Source: Lama glama (Eukaryota). From it: a stretch of 64,000 bases of DNA. Positions within the stretch are counted from its first letter, which is position 1. Every line of letters starts with the position of its first letter. Shown piece by piece: positions 36,237 to 49,754 of the stretch. The stretch covers positions 76,262,001 to 76,326,000 of the forward strand of contig CM052816.1 of assembly GCA_028534125.1 (NCBI GenBank), written 5' to 3'. Both the position numbers and the translations under genes were made by a program. The notes beneath the pieces are model-generated. The model was not told the DNA's origin. It worked only from the letters and a program-made list of their open reading frames with translations, and did no database searches.

Positions 36237-37399
36237 GTTATTGCCTTGATTTAATATGATACATTCTAATGCAGTGTACTTTCAGGTTAACCTCAATATT
36301 GGTGTCTCAGCTAGTTGCTTAATGTGCCTCTTTCTTTGACTTATGTCCTAAGTCAAAATTTACCTAAGGTAAAATCTATTTCATGTGTCTAAATTAAAAC
36401 CTAACCAAAACAAACCAAACAGTTCCTTCCTTTCCCAGACTAGAGGAGATTCTTTTTCTCCACTTGGATCTGCATGTTTACCTTAATAACATCTCTAACA
36501 AAAGCATCCAGAAATGCCTGTGGCAGGTTGTACTTGGAGAGATACTCATTTAAGTTGAGCTAGAAGTGTATTTATGTGTAAAGAAAGTTATTGAAAGGTC
36601 CTTTTATATTTTGTTTTCTATCCTTGTGCATTACTCTTTTAGTTACAAATAATAATTGCAACTGTCAGGTTGGAAAGACAACCAGCTTTTGATAATGTCA
36701 TGCCAAAGAACTTTGAGATGGTTTTTATGAAGAGAAGATGGAGATATTTTAAAATATGCCTTACGTGTACATATGTGTTTTCATTATTACATAACAAAAC
36801 AACATTGTGCATTTATTTTTTTTCTCCAAAGCATCTAACTATGAATCATTTTCCAACTTGGGAATTTTCAGGATTGAACCACTTTTGAACAACCCATATC
36901 AAGTTCTTATTTGGTTGTTTCGTTGGTAGACTAAAGTCTTCATCTTCTCTAGAAATCTAAAGTTAGTTGCAACTTTGATGTGATATTTGACTCTTGAATA
37001 AATGTTGTAAACAAATACAGAATTACATATAAATTTCAAAAGTTATATTTAGTACAAGGTTTCCACCATTTTAGTAAGTTTAACGTATTGTGGTTTTCAG
37101 TTTAAAATGGAAAATGTACTTGGTTTCTCAGGATTCCCAGGATTTAAGAAAAAGTCAACCAAACAAAGCAAGAAAAATCACATTATGAGGAATACACAAT
37201 AAATATGAATATACAAATCACCAAGAAAAGGAAAAATATTTCTAAATAACTCTTTATACTCAATTACTCTAATTTCAAGTCAAAAATAAGCCATTTAAAA
37301 CATTAACATTTCTTTATTCTGGACATGTATGTATTTGGTTCTACAGAATAGTAAAGTTTTGCACACACCTGAATGTAATCAGTACTGGAAGAAATAAAC

Positions 37400-37590
37400 T
37401 TAGTGATTAAGAGCTGGGGATTCAGGTAGACTTATTTAGATTCACATCTTGGCCCCATCTCTTGCTAGTCGAGTGAAAGTGGGCAAGTTACTTAATCTGA
37501 GCTTCAATTTTCTAAACTGCAAAATGGAGATAATATTGCTTCTTCTTTTTGAGATTATTTTCAGGATTAAATGAGATGAGGTATATCACC
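37400..37590 (+). mobile_element. MIR
   Basis: tagtgattaagagc...gggcaagttacttaatctgagcttcaattttctaaactgcaaaatggagataat...aggattaaatgagat. Confidence 0.75.
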
Positions 37591-37649
37591 CCTTTTTAAT
37601 GGCACTGTAGGACTTTAATGCTATTGAGATGATCTCCTTCACTCCTTCT

Positions 37650-37770
37650 GTTCCTCTTAGAATGTAAACTCCATGTACACAGACTGTACCTATCTTATTC
37701 ACTATTGCATTTCGTAGAACAGTGCATGCACATTGTAAGTGTTTTTATAGATTCTGAATCAGTGGATTCA
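37650..37770 (+). mobile_element. L2 3' end
   Basis: ttagaatgtaaactccatg...tcttattcactattgcat...tagaacagtgcatgcacattgtaagtg. Confidence 0.6.
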
Positions 37771-39149
37771 CTTTTAATACCAGGCTTAAAAGGATTTTGT
37801 ATTATCTTGCGTAGCAATGAGAGCTACTGAAAGTTTTTATATGTGAAGAGAGGTAGAGAGTGGTGGTAGTGAAATAAGGTATCAAGGAGTATAAATCTAA
37901 CAACATATTAAATGCATAGTTGGGAGTTAAGGTGGGGGATGATTAGAGGGAGGAATAATTACTTACAATGATTTCATATAACTTTAGAAAAATAAAAGTG
38001 AATTTTAACAGTCCTTACCCTAAAGTAAATAGCTCCATATTAAAAGCCATGCCTTTATGATTTGATACTTTATAATGACATTCAACCTTCCTAGAGTCTC
38101 ACTCCAAAAGCTAAACCTCCAAACTTTTCTTTTTAATTTAAGAGTAATAATGATGGTATGGGAAGGACATGCCTTTTGCCGAGTAGAATCACCACTGATT
38201 CATCAGGCTTCCTACTTTTGAGGAATGGGAGAAATGCTGAAGTGGCATTTCTATATGCATGTTGTGGTCTCACTTTTGAAGTCTGCATATCCAGCCATTT
38301 CCAGGCTGGCCCTTATTTGGTCTGGATTTATGTGACCAAAAGATAAAGGAGCCATTTCCCATTTTGCTCATGCATCTGAGCCAAAGCTGAAGTGCCCTTG
38401 AGAATTCAACAGGAGCTCTGCAATTTGCAAAGTTATGCCAAGTTCAGAACGAGAAGAAAAATGAGCCCTGCTGAGTAACTGGCCTTCTTATTTCTGGAGT
38501 TGCTCAGTGAAAGAGAAAAATATGTGGTACTTCTCAGATACGAAGCTAAAGGTTTTCAGCTACTGCAGCATATAAACACTGATATGCAACAACAGATTTT
38601 TCTTGTTCCTCCACTTGCCTGAATGGAGAAAAAAAAATTTTTTTTCCAGTTAACCACGTGAGCCACACTCCTTCAGAAAACACCTTTCTTAACGAACCGT
38701 GCTATGAATTCCCTTTCGTCCTTTGCATCTCGGCAAAGAGTTTTAAAAGAAAGTCCACAATCCATTCTGTGTTTATCATATGCTTTTTGTCACTCCATAA
38801 TTTACTGTATATTCTTTGTCTCTTTAATGTAAATGAAAGGCTGTTTCCATCTCTAAGCTCACTTATGAAAGCCCTTCAGAAACAATTCTCCTACCCAACA
38901 GGAATCTCCTGTCCATCCATACTTCCTTTTCTTCTTTACTAACCTTCCCCACTTTGTCCCCTCATGCTCCCTCACGACCCAGATTAGATTTCAGGGAACA
39001 GCCCCAAATCTCCTCCTCTCAAGTTATCTTCACTCCCTTGCCCCACCCCCACCTCTATAGTTGTCAGAAGAAAAAATGTCGACCTTAGTTAAACCCAATA
39101 GTCATCAGCACCATCCCTGAGCTCTGCACCTAAGCAGCTGCTGTTTCTG

Positions 39150-39700
39150 GAGAAATCTAACTACCATGCTGAGCAGCCCCACTTTAAACAGATGACCTCA
39201 AATATCAGGTGGCCACTCAGCAATCTCTAGAAAACCTACTGCATTGATACTTCTCTCGCATACCTAGCTCATTATTTTATCCTTCTCAGTCTTTTGTCCA
39301 TCTTTAGCATCTCCTCTCTCATTCCCGGCTGATTATCTCAGCCAGTGTCTCAGTCATTGTGACATTAGATAGAAACTACTCCTCCTCCTTCCACAAAAAT
39401 CTTTAAGCTACTTGCACATGAACTGCTTCTGCTCTCCACACACATATATTGGACAGAGGGTCCCTGCTTCCTGCAAAGACCTTGCATCCACCCGGCATCT
39501 GGATCCTATCCCTCAGCACCTGCTTAGTGGTGTTGATCCTGCCACTCACTCCTAATCTCTTATGCCTGGTCACTTTCTCCTTCTCTGATGAATCTCTTCT
39601 ACAAACAAATAGCTTTTCATAATTTCCTCTTCCTTGTTCTCACAGTCTCCAGCTAGAGCCAATTTCTGTGTGGCTCTTAACAGAAAATTTCTTGGAAGAG
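39150..39700 (+). mobile_element. L2 remnant
   Basis: Pyrimidine-rich degenerate L2 motifs (ctggagaaa...cactttaaa...tggatcctatccct...). Confidence 0.45.
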
Positions 39701-41697
39701 GTGTCATCAAAAGCTTTTGTATTTTGCATCTTCCCTTCTTCCTTTCATGGCTCCAGTGTGGAAGTGAGATGGCTCAGTCAAACTTGTATAAATGATAAAC
39801 TTTTAATAAATTTGCATATGGAAGGAAGCTCCTCCTTCCTGCCCAGCTCCCTACAGTTCAGTGAACCACAGGTATGAGGATCCCAGCCCCTGAGTCCAGT
39901 TCCCACTGCTCCTCTGAGACTGGGGAGGAGGAAACATCTCGGAGGGGCTTGACAGTCCTGTCTTCCATGCCATCTCTATCATGACATGAAACAACAGGGA
40001 GGAGGACTCTTGGCTCCTCATTTTCTAGAGGAGATGCTTTTGGAGGCTGGGTGATGGCCCACAGTTTCTCCTTTCATATGGCAGCATTATCAGGCAGGAA
40101 CTTTGACAAAGAAGATTTGACTCAGAAAAAAAAATGCGTTTATGCCTTCCATAAAGATTATAGTGATGTATATTCTCACCAAGAAGGCTCATTTTCATCA
40201 CATTCTTGATTTGAAAGGGTTAATGAAAAAGCATTTGTCTTATAGTGTGGCAGCAGCTCTGTGATCTTATACTGGACTTTAAAAGGTCTTTAGTAAAATT
40301 AAATTAAAATTAAGAAGGATTCACATTAAAATGCTTTGATTTACTTGTAATTTTATTCTATTTGTGATTATAATACACTTGAAGGAAAAAGACAGTAAAC
40401 TAAGTACACAGAATTTGTCTTCATTTTCTTCTATGCATTTCTGAAAATATAAATAGCATAAACTCAAGGAAGAATACCCATGTATGTTCAGACCCGTATC
40501 TGTCTGCATTATTCAACATATTCCCTAACTATATGGATTTAGAAATAGAGTGTTTCCTTGAGCAAGAATAGCTAATTCATCTTCCATCTATTAGCGTAAA
40601 TACTAGTGTACCTATAATTATTTTTGATATTATAATTCCTCAAGAAGCTAAGTACAGAAGTTTAGTCAAAATTACCTTACCAAACTGATATTTTATTTCA
40701 GTGTGCTTCAACGCATAATCCATAACTGTCAGTCTACAGATAAAATGGACCCATTTAGTGTGTTTGATGAATTGTTCAATAACCCTGGAAGGCATTTACC
40801 CAGGAACAAATGCAGCTTCTCTTTGCAAACTGAAAGCTGATGGTAGCATCTGTGGAGCTTATGATCTATTTTTTTTTACACCTAATACATTGGACTATTT
40901 ACTTGCTTGGCCAGATGATTAGACTAAAACAGCTGAGAGCAATTGTTAAAAGCAAATTAATTTGTTGTTAAACTCAAACACAGGTACAGAGCTAGGGCTG
41001 GATTCAGTAACTTTTGGAAACAGTAAAAGATCATTAAAATAACTACTAACTTTTATCACATTTTAGAGTGAAAACTTCTTTGTGCAAAAACCCAGCCGTA
41101 GAAGATATTTAATAAATGATAACATGTGTTTCAATAATTTATAATTTTTAGATATTTCTTTTGAGACAAAATGTAAATTTTATATTCTATGTATTGCCTA
41201 TATCAGAATGCCAAGTACTCTGAGAAAGACATATTCAAATTGCAAAGTAATGACAATTAGCAACTATGAATTTTCAATAGGCTCCCATGGCCAAAGCATT
41301 TGATCATAAACCTATAGTGACCAATATTCTGGTGAATGTATTATAGTTTTGAAGAAATTGATACACAAACCACACTGAAAAAAAATTTAAAGTATGAAAA
41401 AGTTGAGTATTAATGGGAAGATGAAGCAACCAGAAGAATTTTAAATGTGTTTATCTACTTTGGAAAACAGGTTATAACTCTTAAAGAAAGTTAAAGACAT
41501 GGATTATTTCCTGTTATTCAGGCATTCTGTCTATAAAGATATACGCTTATTTGCACTAGGATATGATGGCAAAGATTCTGTAGCATTACTGTTTGAATAT
41601 TAAAAGAAATTGAAACAATAAAGTCCATAAATAGTTGAAAGAATAAATGAAGCATGAAATTTTAGCACATTATATTTAAAACAGAAATATTATTCAG

Positions 41698-42675
41698 AGT
41701 GTCAGACTGGATAATAAANNNNNNNNNNNNNNNNNNNNNNNNNNNNNNNNNNNNNNNNNNNNNNNNNNNNNNNNNNNNNNNNNNNNNNNNNNNNNNNNNN
41801 NNNNNNNNNNNNNNNNNNNNNNNNNNNNNNNNNNNNNNNNNNNNNNNNNNNNNNNNNNNNNNNNNNNNNNNNNNNNNNNNNNNNNNNNNNNNNNNNNNNN
41901 NNNNNNNNNNNNNNNNNNNNNNNNNNNNNNNNNNNNNNNNNNNNNNNNNNNNNNNNNNNNNNNNNNNNNNNNNNNNNNNNNNNNNNNNNNNNNNNNNNNN
42001 NNNNNNNNNNNNNNNNNNNNNNNNNNNNNNNNNNNNNNNNNNNNNNNNNNNNNNNNNNNNNNNNNNNNNNNNNNNNNNNNNNNNNNNNNNNNNNNNNNNN
42101 NNNNNNNNNNNNNNNNNNNNNNNNNNNNNNNNNNNNNNNNNNNNNNNNNNNNNNNNNNNNNNNNNNNNNNNNNNNNNNNNNNNNNNNNNNNNNNNNNNNN
42201 NNNNNNNNNNNNNNNNNNTATATTTATACAATGGAATACTACTCAGCCATAAAAACAGACAACATAATGCCATTTGCAGCAACATGGATGCTCCTGGAGA
42301 ATGTCATTCTAAGTGAAGTAAGCCAGAAAGAGAAAGAAAAATACCATATGAGATCACTCATATCTAAAATAAATAAACAAACAAACAAAGCATAAATACA
42401 AAACAGAAACAGAATCATAGACATAGAATACAAACTTGTGGTTGCCAAGGGGGTGGAGGGTGGGAAGGGATAGATGGGATTTCAAAATTGTAGAACAGAT
42501 AAACAAGATTATACTGTATAGCACAGGGAAATATACACAAGATCTTATGGTAGCTCACAGAGAAAAAAATGTGACAATGAATATATATATGTTCATGTAT
42601 AATTGAAAAATTGTGCTCTACACTGGAATTTGACACAACATTGTAAAATGGTTATAAATTAATAAAATGTTAAAA
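41698..42675 (+). mobile_element. Young, heavily 5'-truncated L1 (camelid-like 3' end) containing a 500-N gap
   Basis: ORF2 tail (EYYSAIK...IMPFAATWM), 3'UTR with G-rich tract, AATAAA, short A tail; perfect 13-bp TSD aaatattattcag at 41685-41697 and 42676-42688. Confidence 0.92.
41719..42218. other. Assembly gap (500 N)
   Basis: Run of N. Confidence 1.
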
Positions 42676-44157
42676 AAATATTATTCAGCCATGGATATGA
42701 ATGAAACATAGCTACATACAAGATTAAAAATTAATAATGGCATATTTTAGACTAAGTGCTAATTTATAAGATTATGTAGAATATAATCCATTTACATAAA
42801 TATTAAAATATGCAAAATAGAGAAGCAACTTGTTTGAGGATACAAGTGTACGTGGTGATATTCTAACAATAAGCAAGAGGAAAAAGGACACAAACTGTGG
42901 AAGAGGGGAGGGAGAGTGGAACAAAAAATATTCAAATTTTTACTTTCTACCTTGTATATAATTTGTAAATATTTACTTTGTGGCTATTTTGTGTTTAACA
43001 AAAATAAATTTTCATCAGCTCAATTGAACATTTTAGAAATTGGCATGGGGGAAAACATTGTTTATATTATATGCACATCTTGATTCAGTAAGTTTGTTTC
43101 TTTGGTTAGGGCTTACTTGGAAACCAGTTTTGCTAACTCAAAAAAGAGGTGGGATACGTTCTGAAAACACTGAGAGTTAATGCAAATTATGTCTAGCCAG
43201 GTTTTCTAGGGCCTAGAACTGGGATATGACACCTCGGGATGGGTGCAGATATCCCTCTCTCTCCTCCTTTTTCTACCTTCTTCCTTCTGTCCTGTGCGTT
43301 CTCTCCCATGTGAGCTCTTGGATTTGTCACTTTCCCTCTAAGTCCAACTTCCTCTGTTATCTGCAGTTTTTTTTCTCAGTGCAGGGACTCAGGCCCCATC
43401 ACTACACATACCTTCTCAGCTATGCCTACTCCAGCTGTCCACCATCTCTGTTTCTTAGTATAATTCTCAGGAAACAGAATTTGACTAGTTATTGTGTAAT
43501 TCTTATTTTCACTGACTTGAAGACAGTTACCTACCATGCATTCAGTTAGCTGTGGCCAGAATGAAAGTGGATGGAACAAGGCAGAATATCCACCCAAACA
43601 GAGGCTGAGGTCTGGAGAGAGTTACTGAGAAGAGCGTGTGGTAGGGCAGCCACTTCAAAATATGTTCCCATTTGCGTTATGTTGAGTCTTCAGCAAGTTT
43701 CCCCATTTGGGGCTTCCAGTCTGAGCTAAATATTCTCAAAGGTAAACAAACATTTCCCTAGTGGATGTTTTGGTCTCGTACCCTTTCTGCATTTCTGTTC
43801 TCTAGAGTGATGTTCTACTATTCCAGGAATGTCCACCAGAGATCTAGAGAATGGGGATTGGGTTATCTTCCATTGAGATGACTAGTTCTCTGATGGGGTG
43901 TTTTAGATTTCAAAAAGCTGTCCAGTAGCTCACACTTGCTCCCTAATATTAGCCTCTGTTTTACCTTTCTTTTATATAAATTGATGATAGCAGGGAAGTG
44001 GTGGGTTCCAAAATATCTTTCTCCTCCCTATGGACCAACTAGATCAGGTCAGCTTAATGGAATAGATTGCCCACTTAACCCATCACTATGTGCTACAGGG
44101 AACAAAAAGGACCAGTTGGAAGAGTGTGGGTAGATGTGCAGGCAGCTACTTAGCTAC

Positions 44158-44270
44158 ATTTTTAAAAATTGAACTAGAGTTGATTTACAGTGTTGTGTTA
44201 GTTTCAGGTATACAGCAAAGTGATTCTTTTTCAGATTCTTTTACATTATAAAATACTGAATATAGTTCTT
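44158..44270 (-). mobile_element. Short L1 3'-terminal fragment
   Basis: tttttaaaaattgaactagagttgatttacagtgttgtgttagtttcaggtatacagcaaagtgattc, homologous to 14310-14450. Confidence 0.8.
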
Positions 44271-45689
44271 TTGTCTGAGAGGTGAGGCCATTTGTCTGCA
44301 ACTGAGAATAGGGATTGGGTGTAAAACTAGAAACTGGAGAGTGCTTTGTGGATGTGGTCTTCTCAGTGTCACTTTACTCTTTAAACATGGTGAGTTTCTA
44401 GGAAATAAGAAGCTATGTACACTATGTATGTATATCCCAAAGCAAGTGGCAGCCAAGTATCTGATGTAAGGTTAGTGTCAGTTCTTATAGCATGAGGTTG
44501 AATTTTCAAAATTGCAAATGAAACATCTTTCACAGAATATTTTTTTCAATTCCATGAAGTAAAGTCTCTGAATAGAATGATGATTAAAATCGTTAAAAGG
44601 CTCTTAAGCTCTTCCTAAGTTGGATGTCTAGACTTAGCAATATTATTTTATGAAACTGAAGTCTGAGCATTACAATGAACCGAGCATTAGAAAAAATAGG
44701 TTTCAAAACTTAACCATAAAAAAGTGCACAATTTCAAGACAAGATGATTTGTGAATTACCTTCCTTTAGAGACACTGACAATCTTATTATGATTCTTCCT
44801 ATTTTTCAGTAATCCATCATTGCAGGGCTCCACTTCAAATTATTTTTAAAATCTAATTCCACTTAAGTTTGTAGGCACCAAGTCCCTTCCTATTGCCGCT
44901 ACTTGGGGTCTTGTACACAAAGGGAGGGCAAGTTCTAAAACTAATCCTTGAGTGTGATTTTCATTTCCTCTGCGGTTTCCTAAACTTAAAAATTTACATG
45001 TATCTTTCTATTTCTGCTGGACAAGTGAGAATGGGGGAAATCATAACAAAATGCTATTTGTGGGCAAGTTTTGGGAAAAGTATGAAAATCATGGGAGTTA
45101 CCGAAGCTGGAACCCACTTGTCCATTCTTTTCACAGAACCATCTAAAAATAGCATGCATGACAACATATCTCCAAAGGGATATATTTGCAAAGAAGGAAT
45201 TCTATCCAAGTTCATGAGAATCTTTAAAGATGGGGGATTTCTGAGCACATGCTTCTGAATTCCCAAAACTTCTATTTGGAACAAAAATGTTCAAGCCATA
45301 AAAGTTAATACCATAAAAATAGTGACATGAAAGTGAGGACCAATGGATAAAAAAATAGCCTAAAAAATAGCCTAACTTGAATCAGTGGTAATACAGTGTC
45401 AGGAAGTGCAAGTACAGTTGAAAAAGTAGAATCTCATTGGATAATTTAAAATAAATTAAGTAGGAACAACCATGACCTCATTAAAACCTTCCATAGTGGA
45501 CACATTGTTCCTGTAAACTTGAGCAAACCTAAACTAAGAAGCCAACCAATAAGAGAGATCTGTCACTTTTGTCTCTGAGCAGAGTCAACTGTGCTATCAG
45601 AGTGAAGATTCTGGACATGAGCTAAATAGTGTAAAAAAAATAAATAGTGCAAATCTGCCATCCTCCCCATCTCCTGCCCCTAAGACTCT

Positions 45690-45880
45690 TGGTTCACTGC
45701 TGCCAATGTGAGTTCATTCTTGTTGGGAATGACCAGGAAAGACTTTAGAGAGGTGTTTATTTTAAACTTGATCTTTAAAAACATACAGAACTTGGAAAGC
45801 ATCAGAAGAGGAAAAGGCAAATCAGGCAGCACATACTTGAAGGGAAGCGTGAGAAGTATGGTTTTATAAAGTGCCTGTTG
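45690..45880 (-). mobile_element. L2 remnant
   Basis: gaccaggaaagactttagagaggtgtttattttaaacttgatctttaaa...caggcag. Confidence 0.5.
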
Positions 45881-47444
45881 AGGAAACACAAGAAGTACCT
45901 GGAAAAGGAAGAGAAAGGATAGAAAATGTTGAGCTTCTTACTTTGAGGGCAGGCCATGGAATTTGGGACAAACATAAACTATCCTCAAGGATATGTCAGC
46001 AGGGCAGGAATGAAGAAATTCTTATGGTCACTTTGAGTCTTAATATTTTAAAATAAGGAACAGAAGTGTCTGCTGTGTTAGATGTATTTCCTGGAGGGGA
46101 GTATTCTAGATAAGTTACCTCCTTTATGGTCATGGACACATGCATTCTTCATAAAGCAATAAACATAATATAGGTAACCAACTGAGTGTGGAAAATATGA
46201 GGCCAAGGCCAGAGAACTAATTTGACATCAAGTAACTTGACTGTGTACATATTCTGAATATTCTGGATTTATCAAAAAGTGGAAGAAATGTTTTTGAAAG
46301 CAGACATGTAAGACCATCAGAAAATCTAGGTGGAATCATCAAAACTCAAGGAGGGAAATGTTCTCTCAAATCAGACCCTCTTATTTTGTTGATTACAGTA
46401 CTCAAATGTCTGTCCTGTTGCATAAGTTTTATTGAAGATAGGAATAGGATCAAATTTTACCTCCCAAGGCAACAGTGATCTTTCTGAATGGAAAATCAAC
46501 TTACCTTTTGTGCCCTGTGGACTTCAAAGAGTTTAAAACAAGCCTCAGACACATACTTCTAAATTCTTAACTGTAACCCAAAAAAAGAAAGATCTCCATG
46601 GGTGAACTTTTTTATTACATAGTCTGGATGTTCCAGCATTTTGAAAAAATCCTAATATGTCATGAAAGCAAGACACTCATTTAACACTCTTTTCTGGTTT
46701 AGATTTTCATTGGAATTCAGGAAAAATGATTTTGGCAATGTGCAGGAATTGTACTTACTCTCTGGATTGAAATAAACACAAATTATTTATTTTCCATAGA
46801 AAACACTAAGATTTTTTTTTCTTGGTCAGTGAATCTAAAGAACTCTTTTTAGTTATTTGTCCTTGTTTTTCTAAATCAAACATGCTGTTTGTCACTAAAA
46901 TTAACCATTACTTATTATTGCATTGACTATAAGCAATATACCTGGCAGAAACCTAAGGAGGTTAAAAGCCATGAGTAAAAGCTAACATAACCATGCCATC
47001 TTTTTTTTCCCTTCTGAGAAAAAGAAAAACCGAATTGTGAAAAGTCATTGTCTCAAGTTATTATTTTCTGTAGTTTTGTTTTCTCATGATCTGTCTTTTT
47101 TAGCCTATTCTCTCTACATCAGAGATACTCTTGTTTCATTCACTTCACATATGCATAGCCTAATTATCTTTTATTTTCTTTTTTAATGCTATACCCCAGT
47201 AGTGCAGAATCCCTTTTTTCTCTACTATATTTTCAATATGTATCTAAATGATTTTTAAAATAGTAATACAGGATTAAGCTTTTCTTTTTGTGTATGATTA
47301 GAAGTATAAAATTCTGTCGAGTCTCTAGATCTCTCTAATGTAAAATATTCAATACAGTTTGTATAACCAACTAACTGATTTAGTTTAACCATCTAGTATC
47401 AGGACTCATCTAATGATAATGCCTGGCCCTAATGCAAATGTGTT

Positions 47445-47514
47445 TATATATGTATATGTATACACACACACACACACATATATATACACACATGTATATA
47501 TATATATGTGTGTT

Positions 47515-47557
<43 letters not shown>
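47445..47557. repeat. Compound (TA)/(CA)n microsatellite ending in about (CA)20
   Basis: Seen directly. Confidence 0.95.
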
Positions 47558-47562
<5 letters not shown>

Positions 47563-48903
47563 GTTACTAATCTATTCCAAAATTCCAAGAGGTTAGAGCC
47601 CAAACCACTAGGCCAGATGATAGAACTGCAGAGAATAGGGACTTGTATCTTGGTCCTAAGCCCTGTGTCTTTGCATCACTGCTACAGAGAAGCAATGAGC
47701 TGAGTTAGGTAGCTTTCTGCTGCTATTAATTATTTACATTCTTCTGTTGGTGGAATCAGACTGTGAGAATCTTAGTGTCCTCTTTGGTGCTCTGGCAATA
47801 ACAGAATAAGATTAATGAAGGCTTATAAAATATTTTAAGAGCTTTCAATGAAAAGTACGGCTGAAAAATGGAGTGTTATATGGCTCAGTCAGGCAGGAGT
47901 TGTAAATTGTCACTTGACGTATTTTCCTACCTCTCCTGTTTTGCTCTCAGGGACTAGTACTAAGGCAGTCTCTTTGGTTGTTAAAATCAAGCTAGAAATG
48001 TCATAGAAAGCACCTTGATATCTTGATAGTGGTTATGTGAGCTCATAGGATCTCCCTCTCAGGCTAAAATTTAAATCAGAGGTAGGATGTCTTCATTAAA
48101 TGATACTCCCAGAGTTACCAATTTAAGCTTAGCTATTATTAAAAATGCAGAAAAATAATTGAAGGGATTATCTCATTTATTCAAATTTTGACTCAAAGTA
48201 TGAAAAATGGTTAAATTTTGACAGTCATTTACTTAAGCTCCCTTCATTTTATTACATAATACATATAAAACTTGAACAATATATTCATGAGAAATGACTG
48301 CTGAAATTAACTGTGCATAACATGATTAAAATCTACCTACAAAGAATATATAAGTGGTAGACAGATGTATGAATGACTGTTCCAGAAAAGCTGCATTTGT
48401 GTTGTGGTTATTCATTTTTCTACAGAATTAGAAAAATCAATGTAATGAGATATTGAGCTTTTAATCTTTTTAAGAGTTACTCCCTATATAAAAATATTTA
48501 CTTAATTCTAACTTGAGAATCATTTAGATAAATTTATATAAAAGAATATTGACCAACTAGAAAGAAAGGTCTACTGCTATATACATTTAGGACATGTCTT
48601 TATTGTGCAAAGAGACTTGATAGCAGTAAAACTGAGGGCACCACATTTTGGGAAGGCTCAGCCTCTCCACCTCTCCTGATATATCACCATCTCTCTGCTG
48701 ATGACCATCACCTTGGGATATCCAGCCTGCCCACCCACCCCTGTTCTGCACCATATGTTCAACTCACCCTACACATCTTCACTTGAATGTATAATATACA
48801 GAGGAATAGGGCTAGAAACCTGAGCCCTGGGATGTTTGAGACTGTGAAAAAAAAGTTACCAAGGTACAAAAAAAGAAAACTTCAATATAAAAACAGTATA
48901 TTC

Positions 48904-49428
48904 TTGGTGCAGCCATTATGAAAAACAGTATTGAGATTCCTCAAAAGACTAAAAGTAGATTTACCATATGATCCAGCAATTCCACTCCTGGGCATATATC
49001 TGGAGAGAACCTTAATTCAAAAAAATACATGCAACAGATGACTGGATAAAGAAGCTGTGGTACATTTATACAATGGAATACTACTCAGCCATAAAGAAAA
49101 ATAAAATAATGCCATTTGCAGCAACATGGATGGACATGAAAATTGTCCTTCTAAGTGAAGTAAGCCAGTAAAAGAAAGAAAAATGCCATATGATATCACT
49201 TATATGTGAAATCTAAAAAGAAAAAAAGACCGATGAACTTATTTACAAAAGAGAAACAGAGTCACAGACACAGAAAACAAACTTATGGTTACCAGGGGGA
49301 AAGGGGGAGGCAAGGGATAAATTGGGAGTTTGAGATTTGCAGGTACTAACTACTATATATAAAATAAGTAAACAAGTTCATACTGTATAGCACAAGGAAC
49401 TATATTCAATATCTTATAATAACTTATG
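48904..49428 (+). mobile_element. L1 ORF2-end/3'UTR fragment truncated at both ends, with a small internal deletion
   Basis: Reverse-complement homolog of about 14425-15015; lacks about 60-70 bp between tacatgca and acagatgactgg; stops before the 3' terminus. Confidence 0.85.
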
Positions 49429-49711
49429 GTAAGCCAACCTACTGTGGAGGTTAATGGTACTTATTGTTGTGTGTGTCCCATTCTTCCTGAATGAAGTGAT
49501 TATTCATAATGCACTCCACTGAGGAGCAAGCCAGTAGGAGCAGTTGCATGTGTACTACCAGCAATCAAATACTGTCAAAGACATATAGATTTTAAGTCAT
49601 ACTCTCTTAAAAAGGAGGACTGTCTTTAAAAAATGCAAAGTGTGATTATAGTGCCCATTTAAATGATTATATCTGGATTGTTTTATTACTCTTTTTAGTA
49701 TTCATTTTGGA

Positions 49712-49754
49712 AAAAAGTGGGAAAAATTTTTTTTTAAAAAGTGGGAAAAATTTT
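49712..49754. repeat. 19-bp direct repeat separated by T5
   Basis: aaaaagtgggaaaaatttt at 49712-49730 and 49736-49754. Confidence 0.9.

Larger units (their letters stand above)
41350..43000 (+). mobile_element. Ancient L1ME-like 3' region interrupted by a young L1
   Basis: Host reads through ...cagaaatattattcag|ccatggatatgaatgaaacatagctacatac... once the insertion is removed. Confidence 0.6.

Noticed and set aside
41662..42316. 207-aa and 205-aa ORFs
   Set aside because: Artefacts of the 500-N gap.
44893..45284. Overlapping 121-aa and 76-aa ORFs in unique sequence
   Set aside because: TTG starts, no recognisable homology, no donor site bounding a plausible internal exon.
45350..45373. 12-bp tandem duplication aaaaaatagcct resembling MEF2 sites
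   Set aside because: The A-run is one base too long for CTA(W)4TAG; simple slippage suffices.
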